Source: Octopus sinensis
Taxonomy: Eukaryota
NCBI RefSeq assembly: GCF_006345805.1
Contig: NW_021831847.1
Coordinates: forward strand, 364,999-428,998
DNA: 64,000 bases
Direction of reading: 5' to 3'
Below, one piece after another: positions 14,791 to 26,821 of this stretch. The notes below the pieces were generated by a model that saw nothing but the letters and a program-made list of their open reading frames with translations, was not told the origin of the DNA and made no database searches. Position 1 is the stretch's first letter. Each line of letters starts with the position of its first letter. Position numbers and translations under genes: made by a program.

Positions 14791-16892
14791 TACAGAAACG
14801 GATAATGACAAATTGAAATTCCAATGCGGACCTGAGGCCAACTACACCCAATTTCGTTGGCAGTTTACACTGAATCCATCCCAGATCATCAAAACGAACG
14901 TTTAAAATAGTTTCGGCCGTGTCTTTCAGTGTCTGATCAAGTAATAAAAGGCTGTCTCGTTGTGCATAGCAAGGGCAGCTCCTTAGAGCATAAAGAAGTC
15001 TTGGCATGCAGATACTCGCTCTCGTGAGAAAAAACGCAGTATGCGCATCAAGGAGGGATATTCGTTGTGTAAATAGTGATAGGTTTTCTGCTTTCTTCCG
15101 AAGGTGTTTACGCAATTCTGCGTCACCAAGTGGACCACCGAGGAAATATACCTCGTCCCGAGCCGTGGTAGAAATCCCTTTAAGCAAATGGTTGAACTGT
15201 TGAGTAATTCGCATGAATTCGTCATTGGAGTACGTAATATTGATCAATTCCGATTTGTTTGTATTAATTTCCAAACCGAGGTTTTTCAAAGCAGGAGCAA
15301 TTTGCGAAATTCCTTCGTAAACAGATTCCCAAGTTCCACCGATAGTGGCATTGTCGAGATACCAGAGATTGAGTTCAGTTCCAGTTGAACGTGCAACATC
15401 ATCGATGGCCAACGAAAACAGTAAAGGTCCTAGTGGATCTCCTTGCTGTACTCCAGTTCGTGACTTGATAATTTCGTTACCGAAGACTAGAGACGATTCT
15501 TTCCCATAAGAGAAGTTAACTATCTGAATTATCTCCGGAACTCTCTTCCAGCACGATTCCATAAGTCGATCTCTTCGCAGTGTGTTGAAAGCATTAGATA
15601 TGTCTATTTTGAGCCCCATGCTGGGGGTTTTCGCACTACAGCTAAAGTAGCATCTTGTCGCATGCACAGAGGCCTCACATCCATTTGTAATACCGACTCC
15701 CAATTGAAGTGGCGAAAGTTCTCCGTTTATCCGCGGACAGACTCTTTTAGCGACAATCTTTGCCGCAAGTCTTCTGAAGTAATTACCAACTGCGATCGGT
15801 CTTACTCCCCCGTCATTCTTTTTAAAGGCCAATAGGTACGCGGAGAATAGTAGTTCCCTTGCATAAGAAGGGATATTTCCATTGACAATTTTAGAAATCA
15901 GCGACGTAATGGATTTAACCAAATTTGAACTATGAACTGATCTCGGAGTAAGATCTTTGACATGTCCCGGTCGCAGGCCCTCCAAGCCTCCACTGCTGCT
16001 TGGAGCAAACGACATGATTCCGGAAATCACCTCCTGTTCGGTGATGATAATGCTGGGCAAATTTTCCGGCATAGTGAATTCTTGGTAGTCCGTAGGTGGG
16101 TAAGGGTGTTTACGTATCAGATGTTCGATCACTGAAGGAGTCGGGACTAAAACCGTATCGTCGTTGCTCACGACGCGCAAAGCAGCACGAATATCACCCT
16201 CAATGAGTTTCCTATTCACTCTGTCTCTGGTTTAGAGTTATATTTCGTCTTTCATTCGGCTTTGTGTGGTGTACTTTGTCATCAATTGATTTTATATTTC
16301 TCTTGATAATACAGGATATGGACTCATTCTGCGTAGCGTTTTTGAATTGTACTCCAAGAGCAAGAGGTGCAAAGCTCAGCAATTGAACCCAAGAAGCCAA
16401 GCTGTTAGTGGAGAGAGCATTATCAATTAGCTGGCTAAGACATGAAGCAGCAGAAATACGGGCGGATTTCGGAATCCTTAGAGGAATCTTCCTGGACTTC
16501 CGTAGCTCCGATAGGTGTAGAAGAATGAGATCTGTATTTGAGGGAAGATCAGGCGGGTTAGGCGCCATATTTATTTCAGGAGGATTGAAGTTTCGGTTTG
16601 TACAAGAACTCATGCATCGACGACAGTCCCATTTGTATAGCGTCTTTGCTGCTTTGTTGGTGATTTTAACACGTGAAAGATGGAACAATTCACCGCAAGA
16701 TGAACAGTTCATGCCAGACCGGCGTTTGTTGCTCAGTTCACAGGAAGAGCATATCGTGTTCTCTCTTTTTGGAATGATGTTCGGAATGATAGTTTCACTT
16801 AACAACATGCATTGTTCTTCATTGTAGTTGTCCGTAAGCATCAAAGTTTCTTGTTTATTCACAGCAAAATTCAACCCCACATCAGCCATCAC
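14759..16892 (-). mobile_element. CRE-clade non-LTR retrotransposon 5' part: N-terminal PHD-like finger plus RT; inactive
   Basis: RPIAVGNYFRRL, PLQLGVG..GCEA, KIDISNAFN, GVQQGDPLGPLLF, YLDN (catalytic D->N); frameshift at about 16215. Confidence 0.85.
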
Positions 16893-17599
16893 GTAATATT
16901 GTTATTATTATTAAAAGCACTCCCGAGAAGTCATAAAACTAATTAAACTTCCCTTGTGCCGCGTGAACAACAATACTGTCCCACAACCTTCTCCAGGTGC
17001 CTCTCCTCTTTTTCAATTCTCTCAGGTTGTCGAGATCATCAGAAGTGTTAAAGCTCCCAAATGAATACGTGGGGGACATCGCGAAAGTTGTAAAACGCGA
17101 AAAAGACATATCCGAAACAGACAGAGGTACGTCACAACCTCAACCAAAAGAGCGTCTTTGCTGCTTTCCACTTTAAATTTGAAAGATTTGGTATTTTTCA
17201 ATGAATCTCGATCACAGTTACTAGTTAAAGTGATTTATTATATATATTTATCGGTTTAGTTTCTCTGTCAAATTTTAAATTTTTCAGTTATGTTTTTATA
17301 CAATTTTTTGTTTTTTTTTACTTGCATCAGGCCGGCACGACATGCTGAAAATTAAAGAAACTTTTATGATCAATTATGTCGCGAGCCAAAAATGAAACCG
17401 AGCCGAGACTGAAACCATGACAGATGTTTTCAATGTCTATCCTTGTCAAAAATAAGATAATCAAATATTTTTTCCAAGAAAACATTAACTAATTATTTTT
17501 AAGTATTTTTTAAGGCGTTTAGAACGCATCTTTCTCACTATCTCTTAAGTATTTTTTTAAGGCGACTCATCTAATTTAGCTAACTTCTCTTTTTTCTTG

Positions 17600-19030
17600 A
17601 TTAAAATAGTAGGGCACCTTTTTACTTTATATCAACGCGGCGTTATGTTGTTTACCAGCTCGCTTGATCTCGCAATTCAAACTTACTTGGAAACGCTCAG
17701 GGGGTACTTAAAAACTCGTCCCTCTGGCGACATTCTCGTTCCAGGACAACGCACTCCACTTAAGACTCATTCCTCCCTGAGGACATCCGCAGAAGTAGAA
17801 AGCACTTCACGGCTCTCCAGCTAAACATTAACGGGATCAATGGGAAGATCAGAAAACACTCCTGACTAACCTGAGAATTGACCTGGCCATGATTCAAGAA
17901 ACCAAACTGTCTCCTAATGATCACACGCCTTCATTCCTGGGCTAAAAGGCTATCCGGCTATACCGGAAAGTGAAAGGAGGGGGTGGTCTGCTCACTTTAA
18001 TCAGAAACATCCTAAATTCACAGAAGTCTCCGCTAAAGTGAGAAACCTTATCGAAGCTTATGAGGTTTCGAGTTATCGGGATCTCGCTTGTCACAAAGAC
18101 ATTCCACCTCCCTCTCTAATCTAGCACGCATCGATGGAGTGATCTTATGCGGAGGCCTCAATACGAAACAACCTAACTAAAGAATTAAAATCTGCACAAC
18201 TTTAGGCAATTGGCTTCTCGAAGATTATTCTGGAAACAAGAGGGACCCAACCGTCAACTTCACGCTGTTTGTAGCCGAAGGAGGTCCGACCTGCCCAAGG
18301 ACAGAAATCACCCAAGAACTCAATCCGAGTGTCTTCTGATATAATGATCTGTATCACATCATTGAACAAAGAATAGTGAACACAGATACACCTGTTTGAA
18401 ATGGAATCGAATCCTCACTGCAGTAAACCGTAATCGCTTCACGGGAGAAATGTGAAAAGCTCTTTGGCACGTAGCAAAGGGCTACGCTACCGAATTTGCT
18501 GAAGAATATGATCAAAAAGACGTGACCAGCCTCATCAAATTCAACGCAAGAACAGCACACAAGGAGTACATGAAATTGGATTCACTCCCTCAATCAGAAG
18601 TCTAAAGAAACGGGCGGAACCTCTCATTATCTGGGTAAAGGAGGTGGAGGATACCTTGCACTCCACAAAATCCCGGTCATTCTATTAAAAAATCTTGGTG
18701 TTGAAGGAGTCACGTTTTTATCGGCTATCTTCTACTCGATCAACCATAATGTGATTCCGTTATTATAGAAACAGACTCTAATAAGGCCGATACTGAAACC
18801 TGGAAGCCCAAGAGACCAGCCGGCATCTTTCAGGCCAGTTTCCCTATTATATTTCATGTCAAAAAATCCTGGAAAGGAAAAGTTTTTACCAGAAAAACCT
18901 TTTTAACATGGGTTCAAGAAGGCGAAGACACGTCTTCATACTTACAATCATTGTCGGAATTCATTTGTAACGGTTTTGCAAGCAAACCGATGCACCAAAA
19001 GACCGTGCTTTGCTCCGTAAACATTCACAA
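17600..19030 (+). mobile_element. Heavily degenerate APE-type non-LTR element (I/Jockey group)
   Basis: NINGI..IDLAMIQETKL...GGGGLLTLIR endonuclease; PASFRPVSLL RT start; many stops. Confidence 0.7.
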
Positions 19031-20229
19031 AGCCTACACAACAAAGGGCCCACAATTAACCGATCGTTGGTCGTATTTCTAATACACGTTGTGAAACTTA
19101 AACTTTCTCGGACCATTACTTTTTGTTCTCGTCACATTAAAATCTCAATTGCAATTTTCCCTGTCGTGATTATGCTTATTTCTGCTAATCCTGATCTGAA
19201 AGATAGATTATTAATCGAAGGAAGTGTATTTGTGCAAAAACGCTTTTATACAAGCCTTACAAATAAAGTATCAAATTCTCTGATTAGCGGACAGATATTG
19301 CAATTTATTAATCTAAGGATTGTCAATGAACTTAGATTCTTTTTTTTCTATTGGATTGCGTCAATTTCTTCCAATCTTCTTTTACTAGAATGGTTGCTCA
19401 AGATATTTATTTGGCCATGCAATCAATGCAATACATTTTTGAGTGGGGTTTATTTAGAGAGTCGAAGCAGAATTTTATGATTTTTTGCATATTCTTCCGC
19501 TTAAAATCGCGTTTAGCTTATCTTGGACTAATTCTTATAAGGATTTGATCGTTTGATTTCTTAGATCCATTAGAATAATCTTCTCAATTTGGGTGTAGTC
19601 ATCCCCGAGCACACTCCCTTTTCCAAGCGCACAAAAATATTAATTTTAGCACAACCCAAGTCAACCTGAGAATAGCCGTATTTAAAAATAAAACATAAAA
19701 AAGGCAATATAACTGGAGGGGAGGAGTGGCCACTCTTTTTCGGAGGCCATCACTCTCTGAGGGACTGTAAACAAGTTAATATCAACTTTCCAAATTGGAA
19801 CCCCCTAATTAGATCCACGAGACTAACCAAATTAATCAACAATTTATTATTAGCCGGCATTTTTTGATTTATTGCACTAACGACTTGACAAATGATGCTT
19901 TGCTTGATTACAAAAAATCTCCTCTGCAAAAAGCATTATGCCAACAATAATTTTTTTCGGGGATTTGTGAAATCTCCCTTGAAAGTTGTAGAATGACCCG
20001 AAAGATATTTTGGTAATTAAATATTTACGTGTGGAATAAGCAAGAACGAAGCAATTCTGAAATTCAATGAAATGTCACCATGTGCTAAAAGTCAGTATTT
20101 CTAGCAAAAAGCTTATTATCCAATACAATGCCAATGCTACATCATTTTTGTCGGAAATGATCACAATTTTAATCATTATATTTTATATGCGTAATCGGAG
20201 GTGCAGAAAAACCGCGTATCTTTTTGTGT

Positions 20230-20440
20230 AACATGATGAACTGCTCTAGATTATCTTATGATCAAAAAAGAGAAATTATAAATTATCTTATTGATAACTC
20301 ATCTCTGAAAGTCGTGTTTCAGAAATTTTTTCTTTGCGTTTCAAAAATCAATTAACGATTTTAAGTTGAACAAACAGAAGATTCTTGAGCGCATGGAGCA
20401 AAATGCGGATAGTGCCTGCAAACCGACCCGCGAGTGTTCA
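20230..20440 (+). mobile_element. Possible pogo transposase N-terminal (CENP-B-like HTH) relic
   Basis: RLSYDQKREIINYL...VSKI..K..IL pattern, frameshifted. Confidence 0.45.
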
Positions 20441-20807
20441 TTTTATTCGTAAAAATGATCTCATTGTCAATTCCCAGGTTGTTACGACGAACTTAAATAA
20501 TTTGGTTTGAAGAGGAAATTTCCTTTTGTTAATTCCGGTATTTAATCGAACGAATATCTATAGCCATAGTCAGAGGCAATACTCTGGCTATCTGCCAATG
20601 ACGAATTTTCTCTTGTCCTTTCTTATTAATAAAATTATAAAAATAAAAAAAAATTATATAAAATCAGGTAAAATATCATCTTTATATTTTAGCTGGCAGA
20701 ATACTTAAAAATATTTGTGCCGTTCATCTATTTTATAATATTTGTGAGAAAATAAAAGACTCCTGAAATAGATTTAATGATAGCTACTGTAAAAAATTAA
20801 TTAATGA

Positions 20808-21679
20808 CTAGAAAGCAAAGTCCTCATTAAGCCAATTGGGATCCTCCATTGCGGAAGGAACCTAGAGTATAAAAAACTGAAATCCAAACAAAGTTCATAT
20901 CATACTGACGAGCATCCTGATTATAGGGCATATCCGACTCCTGTTCGTCCACATTTTCAACCTCCTCTACACGGTCTGTTTCCTCGACTTCTCTATACAG
21001 AAACATATCCACCATAACATCCCACGGACTTTGTCTACTCAAAACTCCCTTAATTCTGAGGAACTCTCTGGACAACAAATACCACATCACCCCAATAGAC
21101 TCCCTCCCCTACACACTCACTATGAACTACAACCTTGTTATTGCAGGGAATAACACAATCCACGTTATTGGGGTAGTTGTCACTGTCACAGAAAGCAATC
21201 ACGATTATCCCCCGCATGGAGGCTTCCTTAATACACTGATGGTCCACTTGGGGATTGGCTACCACCAACACCAGGGGTTCCATGAATTGTTTCTACCAAT
21301 AAGAAACATTCCCAGCCTGTCCCCGATTGGTGAACGAGCCGGGAGTGAATCTCTGGACGACAGAGGCAGATCCCGTGTAGCGGGCAAACTTGAGAGCTGC
21401 TCGCTGGGCCAGAATGTTCCCCCCCACAGCGACGATATCTTTCGGGTTTTTGATGGCAACCATCAATCGAGCGGCGATTTGGATTTTCTCCCACATGAGG
21501 TGAATGTTTATTATGTTTGTCCCTTTTGATTATTAAAGTGAGTTACCGTCTGTGTTGGTGCTGTAAATGTACCTTTCCATTTGTTTGTTAATGCTTGGAG
21601 AGGCGATGTGAGCCTTTGAAGCAAGTATGAGTCTTACATCCTCGGGGGTTATTTTCATAAGATTACATCCACCAGACAT
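20808..21679 (-). CDS. RPSA: 40S ribosomal protein SA (uS2), 4 micro-introns
   Basis: MSGGCNLMK..YIYSTNTD|GTNIINIHLMWEKI..RFTPGSFTNRGQ|KQFMEP..IPCNNK|GRESIGVMW; introns 21523-21546, 21293-21316 (GC-AG), 21109-21133, 20862-20889. Confidence 0.96.
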
Positions 21680-22228
21680 TCTTATCTAGCTATAAAATGC
21701 GTGCAAATATCAAAGAACAAGATAGAAATCAATAAACGTGTCTACTTTTATTTAAATTAAATTCCTTTTTGTATCAAAAAATAACTTTAATTATTTCTTG
21801 TTAAATTATAGTTTTTAATACACAAAATTCAATAAGTTTCCAGACTTTGGGGTCTAGCCAGAGACAATGAGATTGGTCGTTTTGATGATTTTTTGATTGT
21901 CACTCGTGACTTCAGACTTGTCGATTTACTTAATTAAACAGCCAATAATCTATTTGTTGAGGAAGCAATTTATGTTATCACCACGGAGGAAATCAAATAA
22001 AATCTCTTGGAATTCGTTAGCAGATCTTGCCCTAATTTCCAAAAAACTCCTGGAAAGAAGAATCTTTTGTATTTTGGATCTTCTGGAAGAAGCGTACTCC
22101 GAAATCACTTTCTGGAAGTTAAAGAAAGTAGGACAGAAATGTGAACCATTTCGGTCGACAATTCTAAACCTTAGACAAAGTGAAATCTGAACATTTTAAA
22201 CAACAATATTTATAAGAATGACACAATG

Positions 22229-23290
22229 TTAAAAATTAAGATCTGAGTAGAAATTTATATTGGGATAGTTCTGGAATGTCTGATCGGGAGTTTGAAAATG
22301 CATTGAGGGAGGAAACAGCATTGGATTTATTGGCTCTCTCAACATACTTTCTGGGTAATATTCGTTTCCATAATGTCCATAATGTTGATAATCTGTCACA
22401 AATGACGAAAACAAACTATTTTTAAGTCTGTTATTCTGCAGGATTTGTGGTCTTTGATTAAACTGATGTTGGTAGACCCCAAATTCTGTGTTACTGGGAG
22501 GTGGATTGAGAGGTAGGAGGCTAGAGTTGCTCGGGTTGTTTCTCCGTTCCTTGGACCTCCTGTTTTGAAACCAGACCTAACACTAAAGACCCTCATTCTG
22601 ACTTGGATGACGCGAACTGATAGTCCAGTCAATTTGCTCATTTCTTCCAATGTATGACGCAATGGCTTTCTTTCACTTTCGTACAATTCTGTAAGCAGCC
22701 CAATTTGATGTGGTTTGATTGATGTTCTCCGTCCTCGCTGTTTGCATCTGGCTTCATGCTTGGCCTGAACTTCCTGACTAAGGGATTCAGGCTCTTCAGG
22801 ACTCCCATTCACTTCCGAACAAGAATCAGGGGACTTTGAGATGCCTTCTGATTCCGCAGTGTTTTTTACTAAAAATAACTCGATTACCAAACATATATTT
22901 TTGTGATAATAGTCCATGCAGTAAAGTGTGGATTTATCACAATAGTGAAATGAGTCCCCAGTTTTGAGTTCTTTGTTACAACACAGACACTTGAGGCATT
23001 CAATATGATACATATGTGAGTTGATGTTATACACCAATGTATTTAGTTCAATTTGGACGTTACACAACGGACAAAACCCATACATCCTACAAACTAAAAT
23101 TTTAATAAAACATTGCATAGTCGTTAAAACAGTAAATCCCATTTCTCACGTAACAAACATCTGTGAGTACCTGAGAACACACACAACACTGGAGACAGTT
23201 AGTGTGAAAATATGAGTCCATCAGACGCAAATATGAGTGTTTTGTATAAATTACTTCTTGACATTTGGTACATTTCAGCTGACCATCCAT
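22229..23290 (-). CDS. LHX1: LIM-homeodomain transcription factor, Lhx1/5 (Lim1) class
   Basis: Two LIM domains (CxxC..HxxCxxC..C); homeodomain RGRRTSIK..KPLRH..TGLSVRVIQ|VWFQNRRSKERR; introns 25, 24, 26 nt and possibly a fourth of 24 nt. Confidence 0.9.
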
Positions 23291-24103
23291 GCGGCGAGAA
23301 AAACTAAAAACAAGAATGATAACTACGCTAATTATTTAATGGAATATCAGAACGGAGTTTACGCTGAAAGTCGCCCTTTGATACGGTTTTAAGCGACGCC
23401 GGAGGGGAGTGTGGTCAGATTAGCAAATACAATAAAATATATTTGAGATTAAAAAAACAAGTTATTTCCAATTCCTAGTGCAAAGCATCCAATTTATTTT
23501 TAAGTACCACTCAATACCAAGCTAAAACCAAAGTATAATTATCTAACCACTGAAAATACAGTTTCCAACAGGCGTCTTCCAATCGGGATGTTTGACAGTA
23601 CCAAGTAGGTTAATCACTTAAGTTCATTTTCAGAATCATGGCAATCACAACAAGTCAATTTTGTAATTATTAAAGTCATTATATTACATCTGTTCGAATT
23701 GAGTTGGTAGTTTAGTAAATTGATTTTTTGAATTTTTGGCTAAAATCACTTTTTTAAAGAATACATTGAAATTTAATAATTGACTAATAATATAATCAAT
23801 AAGCATCTGCAATAATTCTTGTACATAAAATTATGGAATTGATTAATCATGAAAATAATTGTAGTATTTCCAGACAATTATGTACGTGAACTATAATTTA
23901 GAGACAGTTATAAAATAACTCGATTTTTGGCACGTATCTAATATTTATTAGTTTACTAAATTTATATTTCAGAAATCAATTATTGTACTAATTATGTCAT
24001 ACAAATATCATTTTTCGAATGATATTCCCTAAAAATACTTTGAGTCAAATCAATTATTTGCACTTCCCGTGTAATGCAGATTCTAAAAAAATGTATGTAC
24101 CTG

Positions 24104-24520
24104 TCAATTCTGAGCCATTTTACCAGCTGAAAGAAAATTTGCCATCTTAGTTCTCATTCTTTCTAATGCAACCAGCGAGAGTGTTATCCGAAGCGTCGAT
24201 AGTCGGCTAATAGATCTTAACTTGAGTATCTTTCCTTTCTTTTTTCCGGGTTTCTTCAGTGGAATTAACCATTCTTTGCCGAGGTCTAATAGTCTATTCT
24301 GCTCAAATGCTTTGTTCAGGATGTTTGCAATGGTTCTAGCAAAGCACGTCGTCCTGAAATGCAAAAACCTCACTGCTATAGGAAGATCATATAAGATAAA
24401 CTCCCTCCTTAACTTATGGTGTGACCTTCTATTTTCTTCGTGCCGAATTCCTCTCAATTTCAGGGCGAATGAGCTTAAATAAATAAAAAAATCAGTGCCA
24501 ACTCTCACTGTAGGAAACAA
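24104..24520 (-). mobile_element. Non-LTR RT N-terminal fragment (RTE-like)
   Basis: LIPLKKPGKKKG..LRSISRLSTLR resembles RT motif 0/1. Confidence 0.6.
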
Positions 24521-25097
24521 ATGTCCATCTCATATACTAGTTCAGGCTAATTTTATAAACTAACCGTAACTCACTTACGTTCAAACTTGGAACAGATAGA
24601 CGATAGGTCATACAGGGTAACATAGTCGGCTGTGGAAAAAAAGACATGAGAGACTAAATCTTAAAAGCAGTTGACGGAACCCACGTTTGTCCGATTCCAA
24701 CTAGAATAAGATAGCAGCTTCCCAAATACAAGCCTAAATCCCGTTTGCAACCAACAACGTCAAGAAAGCTTTTCAAATTTAACCGCCCCTTATATAATCA
24801 AAAAATATCGAAATTTATTCTGGGACTTTGCCATTTGTTATTTTTTACCATTTTTGTGCGTACTGTAGCTTGTGGAGCGGTCTTTTTGAGAAATAAGCCA
24901 AATGTTATGCAGTTTTTAATAGAATAAATAAATTAATAATTAAAAAATGGTTAAATAGCACATAGAAAAGCTGAGGAACTTCATTCCGGTTGTCTGGATC
25001 ATCTAATTAATTTATTTGATTCACTGTTTGTGATTTTCAGTTAAATAAAAAACTACCTTGAATAGAGTTAACAGATTTTTAAAGACACTTATAGGAG

Positions 25098-25280
25098 AAC
25101 TATCTCGGCAGCTTCCTTCGCTCATCGCGAGTTAGCTCCTGTGGAGGGCCTGTTTCATCAAACAACTATAAATGTATGTAGATATATAAACAACCTAGTT
25201 TGATGTAAGGCTATTCTAATGCCTGTTGATAGACAATGTTTGTCATCTGTTCTTCCTTAGCATATATGACTAAATTTTCG
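25098..25280 (-). mobile_element. Diverged 3'-end relic of the same Helitron family
   Basis: Clear similarity to 6371-6550 (ctcggcagct..ttcgctca..gagggcctgtttcatcaaacaactataa). Confidence 0.85.
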
Positions 25281-26284
25281 TGTTGGAAAAAAATAAACTT
25301 AATAAACTTAATTGAATTCAAAATGACTGACAATATTAAATGTTATTTATATAATTTTTTAAATGTTCGAAATTTATCGAATTAATTGAAATAAATTATC
25401 ACGTGTTATTAATGTTTTTTTCTTCTGTTGTGGTTCTGGTTGTAAAATTTTATTTCATTTTTTCTTGCTATTAATGTTTTATTGTTTAATATTTTTGTTT
25501 ATTTATTTGTTTGAAGATTAATTAATTTGACTACTGGTAAAATATCTTGGATAAAGTTTATTTTGCAAGCGAATTTATATTCACTTTATCAATTAATTAA
25601 TCTCCATTCATAAGAACTTTTTACATTAAATTTAATTCTATTGTCTATTTGGATTTTTTAGTATTTTGATTTTTTCCACTATTTTATTGATTATTTTTTA
25701 TAGTTGTAGCATCAATTTGAATTAATAATTACTCAAGCACCTTGTTGTATAGTGCCAAATCAGGGGAATTATTATTCATTTTATTTTCATTTTTGGTAAT
25801 TTCACTTTTATTCCCAAAGACAGAAGCGAGTTTTTTTTAATTCATAGATTAATTTCTTGTGACCGGTTCATAATGAGATACGGTTGAATACGAGCCGTTA
25901 AAAAAATCGATAATTAATATACCGATTCAAAAGGCCAATTAATATAAAGCCAAACGTTCCGAAAAAAACGAAAAATTTTATCCTAAGACAATCAATAATG
26001 TCTTTATATAAAAATAAAAACCAAATCAGAAAACGCACTAATCACTGTTAATAATGTTTATCAGGATTTATAAATGCCTTCAAATCGACTTTCTTGGTAT
26101 ACGAAAGACTTGAGATACCATTAAATATACTAATAATGAAAAATAAACAGCAAATAGAAAAATAAAATGAAAATATGTTCATCATAATATACAAGAATAT
26201 GTAAAAATTCAATTTTTATCAATACACAATTCCATAGCAAACCATCAGAAAAACAAATAACAACAAAGATTAATATATTTTATT

Positions 26285-26735
26285 TTTTTTATAAAGACAT
26301 TAGCGGTGAATAAGTTATTCACGAATTAATAAAGAGCCTGGAGGTTGCTCAAAGTCGCCGCACTGCGTATCGAGTGGCAGTTTCCGCGGAGCACCGCGAC
26401 CGAGATTCGCTGGAAGAGCCAGCTCGTCTTCCTCCGCTCGTTGGTCTTTTTGGCAATTCTCCTGGCAATGTCGGCAAGAAGGCGAGTCGCAGACCTGCCG
26501 ACGATTCCAGATGTTTCGAAGGCGAGGGGGACAAACTCGTAAGAGTCCGAAATATTTCCATACTTCGACCTCTTAGCCTCCTCAGCCTGAGCACTGGCAG
26601 AACCCGGGTTAGTCATGGACTTGAGTAACACCGTCGCGGAGAACGAGTCAACACAAGTTGCATCCCAAATCAGGGACTTGCCTTCCCTGAAAGGGAAGGT
26701 AGTCATCCCGTCAGGACGCTTTCCATCACTCCGAG
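26285..26735 (-). mobile_element. 5'-truncated CRE-clade element (RLE domain)
   Basis: DGKRPDGMTTFPFREGKSLIWDATCVDSF...FVPLAFETSG...LFQRISVAVLRGN; A-rich tail. Confidence 0.85.
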
Positions 26736-26821
26736 AGTGGAGGGGAAAGTGTACACACGTTGAGAATCATTGATTGTTTATATGTCAATTAAATTTTGTA
26801 ATGCTTACTATTTATAAAGTA

